Positions 35,946 through 36,158 of a DNA stretch of 36,158 nt are shown in pieces. Position numbers and translations under genes: made by a program. The notes under the pieces were generated by a model that saw only the letters and a list, made by a program, of their open reading frames with translations, did not search any database and had not been told where the DNA came from. The stretch comes from Catajapyx aquilonaris (Eukaryota), in NCBI GenBank assembly GCA_000934665.2, contig JYFJ02005423.1:1-36158 (forward strand), written 5' to 3'. Within the stretch, counting starts at the first letter, position 1. Every line of letters starts with the position of its first letter.

Positions 35946-36158
35946 TAGTTTCATAAGTTTGGATGAACATGGAATTCCAAAAGAAGAACGCTTGTGTGTA
36001 ATGGACAGACTTGGAAGAGTTAAATGTGTATAAAATGTTGAATATTATCCAAGGAAAAGCTATATAAGCTACTGCTGCATACATTTCTCATGACTTATTA
36101 TTTTATTAGGTCATGTTTATGTTTGTGTCAATAGGACCATGGACGTGGCTGAGGCTAG

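Noticed and set aside
1..36158. CRISPR array, prokaryotic operon or defence system
   Set aside because: The sequence is eukaryotic with spliceosomal introns; there are no regularly spaced repeats or operon-like ORF clusters

Overview
Eukaryotic genomic DNA, animal and probably invertebrate/arthropod-like. One protein-coding gene is well supported: a minus-strand XRN1/pacman 5'-3' exoribonuclease 1 gene. I rebuilt it by hand as 18 frame-consistent GT-AG exons from the ATG at 34145 to the stop at 19464 (about 1810 aa). It has intact XRN catalytic motifs and a low-complexity tail carrying a dsRBD-like module and short conserved motifs. Bases 1 to about 16350 are non-coding and keep their CpGs. 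They contain microsatellites, a tRNA-derived SINE with target-site duplications (TSDs) and a tandem Helitron-like pair. The XRN1 introns and putative 3' UTR are strongly CpG-depleted and hold many small non-autonomous transposons (piggyBac-, hAT-, Tc1/mariner- and PIF/Harbinger-type MITEs, plus SINEs), including a three-level nested insertion in intron 2. A CpG-rich promoter at about 34.1-34.6 kb may be bidirectional, with a possible divergent gene starting at the right edge. I found no CRISPR array, rRNA or intact tRNA gene, and no convincing new multi-gene system. The best leads are a possible short XRN1 isoform, an intronic hairpin, the nested elements, a 3' motif shared across SINE families and the mosaic CpG pattern. 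All comparisons to known proteins or elements are from memory, not database searches.
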